Shown: one piece after another, positions 1 through 14,180 of the stretch
How the letters are laid out: each line of letters starts with the position of its first letter
How positions within the stretch are numbered: position 1 is the stretch's first letter
Origin: Tubiluchus corallicola
Taxonomy: Eukaryota > Animalia > Priapulida
Reading direction: 5' to 3'
NCBI GenBank assembly: GCA_030141605.1
Contig: JAQGDQ010000014.1
Coordinates: 248,001 to 312,000 of the forward strand
DNA: 64,000 nt
Notes under the pieces: model-generated
Told to the model about the DNA's origin: nothing
Databases searched by the model: none
The model's input: only the letters and a program-made list of their open reading frames with translations
Program-made: the position numbers and the translations under genes

Positions 1-3000
1 GCATCTAGGCTCCTATGTGGGCTTGGATTGTGTGTGGTAGGGGGTGCAAGACCCAATGAGTCTTGCTTTGTGGTTAAGCCCCACATTTGTAGTTAATGAC
101 TGCTTTGTAGTTAAGCCCCACATTTTGGGAGGAGGGTGTGCATCCAAGCACACAAGTGGGTTTGGATTGCACATGGTAGGAGGGCACAAGAATCCATATG
201 GGCTTTCTAGCTCACATGGTGGCATGTAAATGTGTACAGTGGAAGGAGAACATGCACATAAGCCCCACATGTGGGGAGAAGGATGTGCATCCAAACCCAC
301 ATGTGGGCTTGGATTGCACATGGTAGGAGGGCGCAAGACCCCATGTGGGCTTACATGGGGCATGTAAATGTGTATGGGAGGAAAAAGGGCATGCATGTGC
401 ATCCAAACCCACATGTGGGCTTGGATTGCACATGCTAGGAGGGTGCAAGACCTCATGTGGGCTTTCTAGCTCACATGGGGGCATGTAAATGTGTATGGTG
501 GAAGGAGAGCATGCAAATAAGCCCAACCTTTGGGGAGAAGGCTGTGCATCCAAACCCACACGTGTGCTTGGATTGCACATGGTAGGAGGGTGCAAGACCT
601 CATGTGAGCTAATTGTCTCACATGTGGACTTTGCACATAAGCCCCACATTTGGGAAGGAGGGTGTGCATCCAAATGCACATGGTAGGAGGGTGCAAGACC
701 CAATGTGAGTTAACTACTCACACCTGGGCTTTGTACATAAGCCCCACATTTTGGGAGGAGGGTGTGCATCCCAGTGCACATGGGCTTGGATTGCACATGG
801 TAGGAGGGTGCAAGACCTCATGTGGGCTTTCTAGCTCACATGGTGGCATGTAAATGTGTATAGTGGAAGGAGAGCATGCACATAAGCCCCACATGTGGGG
901 AGAAGGCTGTGCATCCAAACCCACATGTGGGCTTGGATTGCACATGGTAGGAGGATGTAGTAGTAGGCATCTAGGCTCCTATGTGGGCTTGGATTGTGTG
1001 TGGTAGGGGGTGCAAGACCCAATGAGTCTTGCTTTGTGGTTAAGCCCCACATTTGTAGTTAATGACTGCTTTGTAGTTAAGCCCCACATTTTGGGAGGAG
1101 GGTGTGCATCCAAGCACACAAGTGGGTTTGGATTGCACATGGTAGGAGGGCACAAGAATCCATATGGGCTTTCTAGCTCACATGGTGGCATGTAAATGTG
1201 TACAGTGGAAGGAGAACATGCACATAAGCCCCACATGTGGGGAGAAGGATGTGCATCCAAACCCACATGTGGGCTTGGATTGCACATGGTAGGAGGGCGC
1301 AAGACCCCATGTGGGCTTACTAGCTCACATGGGGGCATGTAAATGTGTATGGGAGGAAAAAGGGCGGGCATGCATGTGCATCCAAACCCACATGTGGGCT
1401 TGGATTGCACATGCTAGGAGGGTGCAAGACCTCATGTGGGCTTTCTAGCTCACATGGGGGCATGTAAATGTGTATGGTGGAAGGAGAGCATGCAAATAAG
1501 CCCAACCTTTGGGGAGAAGGCTGTGCATCCAAACCCACACGTGTGCTTGGATTGCACATGGTAGGAGGGTGCAAGACCTCATGTGAGCTAATTGTCTCAC
1601 ATGTGGACTTTGCACATAAGCCCCACATTTGGGAAGGAGGGTGTGCATCCAAATGCACATGGTAGGAGGGTGCAAGACCCAATGTGAGTTAACTACTCAC
1701 ACCTGGGCTTTGTACATAAGCCCCACATTTTGGGAGGAGGGTGTGCATCCCAGTGCACATGGGCTTGGATTGCACATGGTAGGAGGGTGCAAGACCTCAT
1801 GTGGGCTTTCTAGCTCACATGGTGGCATGTAAATGTGTATAGTGGAAGGAGAGCATGCACATAAGCCCCACATGTGGGGAGAAGGCTGTGCATCCAAACC
1901 CACATGTGGGCTTGGATTGCACATGGTAGGAGGATGTAGTAGTAGGCATCTAGGCTCCTATGTGGGCTTGGATTGTGTGTGGTAGGGGGTGCAAGACCCA
2001 ATGAGTCTTGCTTTGTGGTTAAGCCCCACATTTGTAGTTAATGACTGCTTTGTAGTTAAGCCCCACATTTTGGGAGGTGTGCATCCAAGCACACAAGTGG
2101 GTTTGGATTGCACATGGTAGGAGGGCACAAGAATCCATATGGGCTTTCTAGCTCACATGGTGGCATGTAAATGTGTACAGTGGAAGGAGAACATGCACAT
2201 AAGCCCCACATGTTGGAAAAGGATGTGCATCCTAGCCCACATGTTGGTTTGGATTGCACATGGTAGGAGGGTGCAAGACCCCATATGGGCTTACTAGCTC
2301 ACACTGGGGCCTGCAAATGTGTATGGGAGGAAGAAGGGCATGCATGTACATCCAAACTTACATGTGGGCTTGGATTGCACATGCAAGGAGGGTGCAAGAC
2401 CTCATGTGAGCTTTCTAGCTCACATGGGGGCATGTAAATGTGTATGGTGGAAGGAGAGCGTGCAAATAAACACCACCTGTGGGGAGAAGGCTGTGCATCC
2501 AAACCCACACGTGAGCTTGGATTGCACATGGTAGGAGGGTGCAAAAACTCATGTGAGCTAATTGTCTCACACGAGGCCTTTGCATGTAAGCCCTACATGT
2601 GGGGAGGTAGTAGGCATCCAAGCTCCTATGTGGATTGAATTGTGTGTGGTAGGGGTTACAAGACCCAATGTGGGTTAACTACTCACACCTGGGCTTTGTA
2701 GTTAAGCCCCACATTTTGGGAGGAGGATGTGCATCCAAGCACACAAGTGGGTTTGGATTGCAAATGGTAGGAGGGCGCAAGGCCCCATGTGGGCTTACAT
2801 GGGGCATGTAAATGTGTATGGGAGGAAGAAGGGCATGCATGTGCATCCAAACCCACATGTGGGCTTGGATTGCACATGCTAGGAGGGTGCAAGGCCTCAT
2901 GTGCGCTTTCTAGCTCACATTGGGGCATGTAAATGTGTATGGTGGAAGGAGAGCATGCAAATAAGCCCCACCTGCGGGGAGAAGGCTGTGCATCCAAACC

Positions 3001-4496
3001 CACACGTGGGCTTGGATTGCACATGGTAGGAGGGTGCAAAAACTCATGTGAGCTAATTGTCTCACACGAGGCCTTTGCATGTAAGCCCTACATGTGGGGA
3101 GGTAGTAGGCATCCAAGCTCCTATGTGGATTGAATTGTGTGTGGTAGGGGTTACAAGACCCAATGTGGGTTAACTACTCACACCTGGGCTTTGTAGTTAA
3201 GCCCCACATTTTGGGAGGAGGATGTGCATCCAAGCACACAAGTGGGTTTGGATTGCACATGGTAGGAGGGCGCAAGGCCCCATGTGGGCTTACATGGGGC
3301 ATGTAAATGTGTATGGGAGGAAGAAGGGCATGCATGTGCATCCAAACCCACATGTGGGTTTGGATTGCACATGCTAGGAGGGTGCAAGACCTCATGTGGG
3401 CTTTCTAGCTCACATGGGGGCATGTAAATGTGTATGGGAGGAAGAAGGGCGGGCATGCATGTGCATCCAAACCCACATGTGGGCTTGGATTGCACATGGT
3501 AGGAGGGCGCAAGAATCCATGTGGGCTAATTGTCTCACATGTGGACTTTGCACATAAGCCCCACATTTGGGAAGGAGGGTGTGCATCCAAATGCTCATTG
3601 TAGGAGGGTGCAAAACCCAATGTGGGTTAACTACTCACACCTGGGCTTTGTAGTTAAGCCCCACATTTTGGGAGGAGGATGTGCATCCAAGCACACAAGT
3701 GGGTTTGGATTGCACATGGTAGGAGGGCGCAAGAATCCATGTGGGCTTTCTAGCTCACATGGGAGCCTGCACTTGTGTATGGGAGGACGAAGGGCATGCA
3801 TATGCATCCAAACCCACATGTGGGCTTGGATTGCACATGTTAGGAGGGTGCAAGACCTCATGTGGGCTTTCTAGCTCACATGGGGGCATGTAAATGTGTA
3901 TGGGAGGAAAAAGGGCGGGCATGCATGTGCATCCAAACCCACATGTGGGCTTGGATTGCACATGCTAGGAGGGTGCAAGACCTCATGTGGGCTTTCTAGC
4001 TCACATGGGGGCATGTAAATGTGTATGGTGGAAGGAGAGCATGCAAATAAGCCCAACCTGTGGGGAGAAGGCTGTGCATCCAAACCCACACGTGTGCTTG
4101 GATTGCACATGGTAGGAGGGTGCAAGACCTCATGTGAGCTAATTGTCTCACATGTGGACTTTGCACATAAGCCCCACATTTGGGAAGGAGGGTGTGCATC
4201 CAAATGCACATGGTAGGAGGGTGCAAGACCCAATGTGAGTTAACTACTCACACCTGGGCTTTGTACATAAGCCCCACATTTTGGGAGGAGGGTGTGCATC
4301 CCAGTGCACATGGGCTTGGATTGCACATGGTAGGAGGATGCAAGACCTCATGTGGGCTTTCTAGCTCACATGGTGGCATGTAAATGTGTACAGTGGAAGG
4401 AGAGCATGCACATAAGCCCCACATGTGGGGAGAAGGCTGTGCATCCAAACCCACATGTGGGCTTGGATTGCACATGGTAGGAGGATGTAGTAGTAG

Positions 4497-7433
4497 GCAT
4501 CTAGGCTCCTATGTGGGCTTGGATTGTGTGTGGTAGGGGGTGCAAGACCCAATGAGTCTTGCTTTGTGGTTAAGCCCCACATTTGTAGTTAATGACTGCT
4601 TTGTAGTTAAGCCCCACATTTTGGGAGGAGGGTGTGCATCCAAGCACACAAGTGGGTTTGGATTGCACATGGTAGGAGGGCACAAGAATCCATATGGGCT
4701 TTCTAGCTCACATGGTGGCATGTAAATGTGTACAGTGGAAGGAGAACATGCACATAAGCCCCACATGTGGGGAGAAGGATGTGCATCCAAACCCACATGT
4801 GGGCTTGGATTGCACATGGTAGGAGGGCGCAAGACCCCATGTGGGCTTACTAGCTCACATGGGGGCATGTAAATGTGTATGGGAGGAAAAAGGGCGGGCA
4901 TGCATGTGCATCCAAACCCACATGTGGGCTTGGATTGCACATGCTAGGAGGGTGCAAGACCTCATGTGGGCTTTCTAGCTCACATGGGGGCATGTAAATG
5001 TGTATGGTGGAAGGAGAGCATGCAAATAAGCCCAACCTTTGGGGAGAAGGCTGTGCATCCAAACCCACACGTGTGCTTGGATTGCACATGGTAGGAGGGT
5101 GCAAGACCTCATGTGAGCTAATTGTCTCACATGTGGACTTTGCACATAAGCCCCACATTTGGGAAGGAGGGTGTGCATCCAAATGCACATGGTAGGAGGG
5201 TGCAAGACCCAATGTGAGTTAACTACTCACACCTGGGCTTTGTACATAAGCCCCACATTTTGGGAGGAGGGTGTGCATCCCAGTGCACATGGGCTTGGAT
5301 TGCACATGGTAGGAGGGTGCAAGACCTCATGTGGGCTTTCTAGCTCACATGGTGGCATGTAAATGTGTATAGTGGAAGGAGAGCATGCACATAAGCCCCA
5401 CATGTGGGGAGAAGGCTGTGCATCCAAACCCACATGTGGGCTTGGATTGCACATGGTAGGAGGATGTAGTAGTAGGCATCTAGGCTCCTATGTGGGCTTG
5501 GATTGTGTGTGGTAGGGGGTGCAAGACCCAATGAGTCTTGCTTTGTGGTTAAGCCCCACATTTGTAGTTAATGACTGCTTTGTAGTTAAGCCCCACATTT
5601 TGGGAGGAGGGTGTGCATCCAAGCACACAAGTGGGTTTGGATTGCACATGGTAGGAGGGCACAAGAATCCATATGGGCTTTCTAGCTCACATGGTGGCAT
5701 GTAAATGTGTACAGTGGAAGGAGAACATGCACATAAGCCCCACATGTGGGGAGAAGGATGTGCATCCAAACCCACATGTGGGCTTGGATTGCACATGGTA
5801 GGAGGGCGCAAGACCCCATGTGGGCTTACTAGCTCACATGGGGGCATGTAAATGTGTATGGGAGGAAAAAGGGCGGGCATGCATGTGCATCCAAACCCAC
5901 ATGTGGGCTTGGATTGCACATGCTAGGAGGGTGCAAGACCTCATGTGGGCTTTCTAGCTCACATGGGGGCATGTAAATGTGTATGGTGGAAGGAGAGCAT
6001 GCAAATAAGCCCAACCTTTGGGGAGAAGGCTGTGCATCCAAACCCACACGTGTGCTTGGATTGCACATGGTAGGAGGGTGCAAGACCTCATGTGAGCTAA
6101 TTGTCTCACATGTGGACTTTGCACATAAGCCCCACATTTGGGAAGGAGGGTGTGCATCCAAATGCACATGGTAGGAGGGTGCAAGACCCAATGTGAGTTA
6201 ACTACTCACACCTGGGCTTTGTACATAAGCCCCACATTTTGGGAGGAGGGTGTGCATCCCAGTGCACATGGGCTTGGATTGCACATGGTAGGAGGGTGCA
6301 AGACCTCATGTGGGCTTTCTAGCTCACATGGTGGCATGTAAATGTGTATAGTGGAAGGAGAGCATGCACATAAGCCCCACATGTGGGGAGAAGGCTGTGC
6401 ATCCAAACCCACATGTGGGCTTGGATTGCACATGGTAGGAGGATGTAGTAGTAGGCATCTAGGCTCCTATGTGGGCTTGGATTGTGTGTGGTAGGGGGTG
6501 CAAGACCCAATGAGTCTTGCTTTGTGGTTAAGCCCCACATTTGTAGTTAATGACTGCTTTGTAGTTAAGCCCCACATTTTGGGAGGAGGGTGTGCATCCA
6601 AGCACACAAGTGGGTTTGGATTGCACATGGTAGGAGGGCACAAGAATCCATATGGGCTTTCTAGCTCACATGGTGGCATGTAAATGTGTACAGTGGAAGG
6701 AGAACATGCACATAAGCCCCACATGTGGGGAGAAGGATGTGCATCCAAACCCACATGTGGGCTTGGATTGCACATGGTAGGAGGGCGCAAGACCCCATGT
6801 GGGCTTACTAGCTCACATGGGGGCATGTAAATGTGTATGGGAGGAAAAAGGGCGGGCATGCATGTGCATCCAAACCCACATGTGGGCTTGGATTGCACAT
6901 GCTAGGAGGGTGCAAGACCTCATGTGGGCTTTCTAGCTCACATGGGGGCATGTAAATGTGTATGGTGGAAGGAGAGCATGCAAATAAGCCCAACCTTTGG
7001 GGAGAAGGCTGTGCATCCAAACCCACACGTGTGCTTGGATTGCACATGGTAGGAGGGTGCAAGACCTCATGTGAGCTAATTGTCTCACATGTGGACTTTG
7101 CACATAAGCCCCACATTTGGGAAGGAGGGTGTGCATCCAAATGCACATGGTAGGAGGGTGCAAGACCCAATGTGAGTTAACTACTCACACCTGGGCTTTG
7201 TACATAAGCCCCACATTTTGGGAGGAGGGTGTGCATCCCAGTGCACATGGGCTTGGATTGCACATGGTAGGAGGGTGCAAGACCTCATGTGGGCTTTCTA
7301 GCTCACATGGTGGCATGTAAATGTGTATAGTGGAAGGAGAGCATGCACATAAGCCCCACATGTGGGGAGAAGGCTGTGCATCCAAACCCACATGTGGGCT
7401 TGGATTGCACATGGTAGGAGGATGTAGTAGTAG
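4497..7433. repeat. Three tandem copies of a 979-bp higher-order repeat (~8 monomer-derived units); further copies start at 1 (966-bp variant), 967, 1946 (partial) and 7434 (partial)
   Basis: GCATCTAGGCTCC starts at 4497, 5476, 6455 and 7434. ORF track entries are identical at 979-bp spacing (4540/5519/6498). Confidence 0.95.
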
Positions 7434-10400
7434 GCATCTAGGCTCCTATGTGGGCTTGGATTGTGTGTGGTAGGGGGTGCAAGACCCAATGAGTCTTGCT
7501 TTGTGGTTAAGCCCCACATTTGTAGTTAATGACTGCTTTGTAGTTAAGCCCCACATTTTGGGAGAGGGTGTGCATCCAAGCACACAAGTGGGTTTGGATT
7601 GCACATGGTAGGAGGGCACAAGAATCCATATGGGCTTTCTAGCTCACATGGTGGCATGTAAATGTGTACAGTGGAAGGAGAACATGCACATAAGCCCCAC
7701 ATGTGGGGAGAAGGATGTGCATCCAACCCCACATGTGGGCTTGGATTGCACATGGTAGGAGGGCGCAAGACCCCATGTGGGCTTACTAGCTCACACTGGG
7801 GCCTGCAAATGTGTATGGGAGGAAGAAGGGCATGCATGTGCATCCAAACTTACATGTGGGCTTGGATTGCACATTCTAGGAGGGTGCAAGACCTCATGTG
7901 CGCTTTCTAGCTCACATGGGGGCATGTAAATGTGTATGGTGGAAGAAGAGCATGCACATAAGCCCCACATCTGGGGAGAAGGCTGTGCATCCAAACCCAC
8001 ACGTGGGCTTGGATTGCACATGGTAGGAGGGTGCAAAAACTCATGTGAGCTAATTGTCTCACATGTGGCCTTTGCATGTAAGCCCTACATGTGGGGAGGT
8101 AGTAGGCATCCAAGCTCCTATGTGGATTGGATTGTGTTTGGTAGGGGTTGCAAGACCCAATGTGGGTTAACTACTCACACCTGGGCTTTGTAGTTAAGCC
8201 CCACATTTTGGGAGGAGGATGTGCATCCAAGCACACAAGTGGGTTTGGATTGCACAAGGTAGAAGGGCGCAAGAATCCATGTGGGCTTTCTAGCTCACAT
8301 GGGAGCCTGCAATTGTGTATGGGAGGACGAAGGGCATGCATATGCATCCAAACCCACATGTGGGCTTGGATTGCAAATGCTAGGAGGGTGCAAGACCTCA
8401 TGTGGGCTTTCTAGCTCACATGGGGGCATGTAAATGTGTATGGTGGAAGGAGAGCATGCAAATAAGCCCAGCCTGTGGGGAGAAGGCTGTGCATCCAAAC
8501 TTACATGTGGGCTTGGATTGCACATGCAAGGAGGGCGCAAGAATCCATGTGGGCTTTCTAGCTCACATGGTTGCATGTAAATGTGTACAGTGGAAGGAGA
8601 GCATGCACATAAGCCCCACATGTGGGGAGAAGGATGTGCATCCAAACCCACATGTGGGTTTAGATTGCACATGGTAGGAGGGTGCAAGACCCCATGTGGG
8701 CTTACTAGCTCACACAGGGGCCTGCAAATGTGTATGGGAGGAAGAAGGGCATGCATGTGCATCCAAACTTACATGTGGGCTTGGATTGCACATGGTAGGA
8801 GGGCGCAAGAATCGATGTGGGCTTTCTAGCTCACATGGTGGCATGTAAATGTGTACAGTGGAAGGAGAGCATGCACATAAGCCCCACATGTGGGAAAAGG
8901 ATGTGCATCCAAGCCCACATGTGGGTTTGGATTGCACATGGTAGGAGGGTGCAAGACCCCATGTGGGCTTTCTAGCTCACATGGGGGTATGTAAATGTGT
9001 ATGGTGGAAGGAGAGCATGCAAATAAGCCCCACCTGTGGGGAGAAGGCTGTGCATCCAAACCCACATGTGGGCTTGGATTGCACATGGTAGGAGGGCGCA
9101 AGACCCCATGTGGGCTTTCTAGCTCACATGGTGGCATGTAAATGTGTACAGTGGAAGGAGAGCATGCACATAAGCCCCACATGTGGGGAGAAGGCTGTGC
9201 ATCCAAACCCACATGTGGGCTTGGATTGCACATGGTAGGAGGGTGCAAGAACTCATGTGAGCTAATTGTCTCACACGAGGCCTTTGCACGTAAGCCCTAC
9301 ATGTGGGAGGTAGTAGGCATCCAAGCTCCTATGTGGGCTTGGATTGTGTGTGGTAGGGGGTGCAATACCCAATGTGGGTTAACTACTCACACCTGGGCTT
9401 TGTAGTTAAGCCCCACATTTTGGGAGGAGGATGTGCATCCAAGCACACAAGTGGGTTTGGATTGCACATGGTAGGAGGGCGCAAGAATCGATGTGGGCTT
9501 TCTAGCTCACATGGTGGCATGTAAATGTGTACAGTGGAAGGAGAGCATGCACATAAGCCCCACATGTTGGAAAAGGATGTGCATCCAAGCCCACATGTTG
9601 GTTTGGATTGCACATGGTAGGAGGGTGCAAGACCCCATATGGGCTTACTAGCTCACACTGGGGCCTGCAAATGTGTATGGGAGGAAGAAGGGCATGCATG
9701 TACATCCAAACTTACATGTGGGCTTGGATTGCACATGCAAGGAGGGTGCAAGACCTCATGTGAGCTTTCTAGCTCACATGGGGGCATGTAAATGTGTATG
9801 GTGGAAGGAGAGCGTGCAAATAAACACCACCTGTGGGGAGAAGGCTGTGCATCCAAACCCACATGTGGGCTTGGATTGCACATGGTAGGAGGGCGCAAGA
9901 CCCCATGTGGGCTTTCTAGCTCACATGGGAGCCTGCAAATGTGCTGTATGGAGGAAGCACATGCATGTAGCTTCAGTGTGCTAGTTCAGGGAAGAAGTTG
10001 TGTACATCCAAACCCACATGTGGGCTTGGATTGCACATGCTAGGAGGGTGCAAGACCTCATGTGGGCTTTCTAGCTTTCATGGGGGCATGTAAATGTGTA
10101 TGGTGGAAGAAGAGCATGCACATAAGCCCCACATCTGGGGAGAAGGCTGTGCATCCAAACCCACACGTGAGCTTGGATTGCACATGGTAGGAGGGTGCAA
10201 AAACTCATGTGAGCTAATTGTCTCACACGAGGCCTTTGCATGTAAGCCCTACATGTGGGGAGGTAGTAGGCATCCAAGCTCCTATGTGGATTGAATTGTG
10301 TGTGGTAGGGGTTACAAGACCCAATGTGGGTTAACTACTCACACCTGGGCTTTGTAGTTAAGCCCCACATTTTGGGAGGAGGATGTGCATCCAAGCACAC

Positions 10401-12950
10401 AAGTGGGTTTGGATTGCACATGGTAGGAGGGCGCAAGGCCCCATGTGGGCTTACATGGGGCATGTAAATGTGTATGGGAGGAAGAAGGGCATGCATGTGC
10501 ATCCAAACCCACATGTGGGTTTGGATTGCACATGCTAGGAGGGTGCAAGACCTCATGTGGGCTTTCTAGCTCACATTGGGGCATGTAAATGTGTATGGTG
10601 GAAGGAGAGCATGCAAATAAGCCCCACCTGCGGGGAGAAGGCTGTGCATCCAAACCCACACGTGAGCTTGGATTGCACATGGTAGGAGGGTGCAAAAACT
10701 CATGTGAGCTAATTGTCTCACACGAGGCCTTTGCATGTAAGCCCTACATGTGGGGAGGTAGTAGGCATCCAAGCTCCTATGTGGATTGAATTGTGTGTGG
10801 TAGGGGTTACAAGACCCAATGTGGGTTAACTACTCACACCTGGGCTTTGTAGTTAAGCCCCACATTTTGGGAGGAGGATGTGCATCCAAGCACACATGTG
10901 GGCTTGGATTGCACATGGTAGGAGGGTGCAAGAATCCATGTGGGCTAATTGTCTCACATGTGGACTTTGCACATAAGCCCCACATTTGGGAAGGAGGGTG
11001 TGCATCCAAATGCACATTGTAGGAGGGTGCAAAACCCAATGTGAGTTAACTACTCACACCTGGGCTTTGTACAAGCCCCACATTTTGGGAGGAGAGTGTG
11101 CATCCCAGTGCACATGGGCTTGGATTGTACATGGTTGGAGGGTGCAAGACCTCATGTGGGCTTACTAGCTTACATGGGGGCCTGCAAATGTGTATGGGGG
11201 AAGAAGGGCATGCATATGCATCCAAACCCACATGTGGGCTTGGATTGCACATGCTAGGAGGGTGCAAGACCTCGTGTGGGCTTTCTAGCTCACATGGTGG
11301 CGTGTCAATGTGTACAGTGGAAGGAGAGCATGCACATAAGCCCCACATGTCGGCAGAAGGCTGTGTATCCAAACCCACATGTGGGCTTGGATTGCACATG
11401 GTAGGAGGGCGCAAGGCCCCATGTGGGCTTACATGGGGCATGTAAATGTGTATGGGAGGAAGAAGGGCATGCATGTGCAACCAAACCCACATGTGGGCTT
11501 GGATTGCACATGCTAGGAAGGTGCAAGGCCTCATGTGCGCTTTCTAGCTCACATTGGGGCATGTAAATGTGTATGGTGGAAGGAGAGCATGCAAATAAGC
11601 CCCACCTGCGGGGAGAAGGCTGTGCATCCAAACCCACACGTGGGCTTGGATTGCACATGGTGGGAGGATGCAAGAATCGATGTGGGCTTTCTAGCTCACA
11701 TGGTGGCATGTAAATGTGTACAGTGGAAGGAGAGCATGCACATAAGCCCCACATGTGGGAAAAGGATGTGCATCCAAGCCCACATGTGGGTTTGGATTGC
11801 ACATGGTAGGAGGGTGCAAGACCCCATGTGGGCTTTCTAGCTCACATGGGGGTATGTAAATGTGTATGGTGGAAGGAGAGCATGCAAATAAGCCCCACCT
11901 GTGGGGAGAAGGCTGTGCATCCAAACCCACACGTGGGCTTGGATTGCACATGGTAGGAGGGCGCAAGACCCCATGTGGGCTTTCTAGCTCACATGGTGGC
12001 ATGTAAATGTGTACAGTGGAAGGAGAGCATGCACATAAGCCCCACATGTGGGGAGAAGGCTGTGCATCCAAACCCACATGTGGGCTTGGATTGCACATGG
12101 TAGGAGGGTGCAAGAACTCATGTGAGCTAATTGTCTCACACGAGGCCTTTGCACGTAAGCCCTACATGTGGGAGGTAGTAGGCATCCAAGCTCCTATGTG
12201 GGCTTGGATTGTGTGTGGTAGGGGGTGCAATACCCAATGTGGGTTAACTACTCACACCTGGGCTTTGTAGTTAAGCCCCACATTTTGGGAGGAGGATGTG
12301 CATCCAAGCACACAAGTGGGTTTGGATTGCACATGGTAGGAGGGCGCAAGAATCGATGTGGGCTTTCTAGCTCACATGGTGGCATGTAAATGTGTACAGT
12401 GGAAGGAGAGCATGCACATAAGCCCCACATGTTGGAAAAGGATGTGCATCCAAGCCCACATGTTGGTTTGGATTGCACATGGTAGGAGGGTGCAAGACCC
12501 CATATGGGCTTACTAGCTCACACTGGGGCCTGCAAATGTGTATGGGAGGAAGAAGGGCATGCATGTACATCCAAACTTACATGTGGGCTTGGATTGCACA
12601 TGCAAGGAGGGTGCAAGACCTCATGTGAGCTTTCTAGCTCACATGGGGGCATGTAAATGTGTATGGTGGAAGGAGAGCGTGCAAATAAACACCACCTGTG
12701 GGGAGAAGGCTGTGCATCCAAACCCACATGTGGGCTTGGATTGCACATGGTAGGAGGGCGCAAGACCCCATGTGGGCTTTCTAGCTCACATGGGGGCATG
12801 CAAATGTGCAGAATGGAGGGAGGACATGCATATAAGTGGTAAAACAGGGGAGGAGGGTGTGCATCCGAACCCACACGTGGGCTTGGATTGCACATGCTAG
12901 GAGGGTGCAAGACCTCATGTGGGCTTTCTAGCTTTCATGGGGGCATGTAA

Positions 12951-14180
12951 ATGTGTATGGTGGAAGAAGAGCATGCACATAAGCCCCACATCTGGGGAGA
13001 AGGCTGTGCATCCAAACCCACACGTGAGCTTGGATTGCACATGGTAGGATGGTGCAAAAACTCATGTGAGCTAATTGTCTCACACGAGGCCTTTGCATGT
13101 AAGCCCTACATGTGGGGAGGTAGTAGGCATCCAAGCTCCTATGTGGATTGAATTCTGTGTGGTAGGGGTTACAAGACCCAATGTGGGTTAACTACTCACA
13201 CCTGGGCTTTGTAGTTAAGCCCCACATTTTGGGAGGAGGATGTGCATCCAAGCACACAAGTGGGTTTGGATTGCACATGGTAGGAGGGCGCAAGGCCCCA
13301 TGTGGGCTTACATGGGGCATGTAAATGTGTATGGGAGGAAGAAGGGCATGCATGTGCATCCAAACCCACATGTGGGCTTGGATTGCACATGCTAGGAGGG
13401 TGCAAGGCCTCATGTGCGCTTTCTAGCTCACATTGGGGCATGTAAATGTGTATGGTGGAAGGAGAGCATGCAAATAAGCCCCACCTGCGGGGAGAAGGCT
13501 GTGCATCCAAACCCACACGTGGGCTTGGATTGCACATGGTAGGAGGGTGCAAAAACTCATGTGAACTAATTGTCTCACACGAGGCCTTTGCATGTAAGCC
13601 CTACATGTGGGGAGGTAGTAGGCATCCAAGCTCCTATGTGGATTGAATTGTGTGTGGTAGGGGTTACAAGACCCAATGTGGGTTAACTACTCACACCTGG
13701 GCTTTGTAGTTAAGCCCCACATTTTGGGAGGAGGATGTGCATCCAAGCACACAAGTGGGTTTGGATTGCACATGGTAGGAGGGCGCAAGGCCCCATGTGG
13801 GCTTACATGGGGCATGTAAATGTGTATGGGAGGAAGAAGGGCATGCATGTGCATCCAAACCCACATGTGGGTTTGGATTGCACATGCTAGGAGGGTGCAA
13901 GACCTCATGTGGGCTTTCTAGCTCACATTGGGGCATGTAAATGTGTATGGTGGAAGGAGAGCATGCAAATAAGCCCCACCTGCGGGGAGAAGGCTGTGCA
14001 TCCAAACCCACACGTGGGCTTGGATTGCACATGGTAGGAGGGTGCAAAAACTCATGTGAACTAATTGTCTCACACGAGGCCTTTGCATGTAAGCCCTACA
14101 TGTGGGGAGGTAGTAGGCATCCAAGCTCCTATGTGGATTGAATTGTGTGTGGTAGGGGTTACAAGACCCAATGTGGGTTA
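12951..14180. repeat. 495-bp higher-order repeat run (also at ~2440-3430 and ~10095-10830)
   Basis: Homologous ORFs at 12951/13446/13941, 2438/2933 and 10094/10589. Confidence 0.85.
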
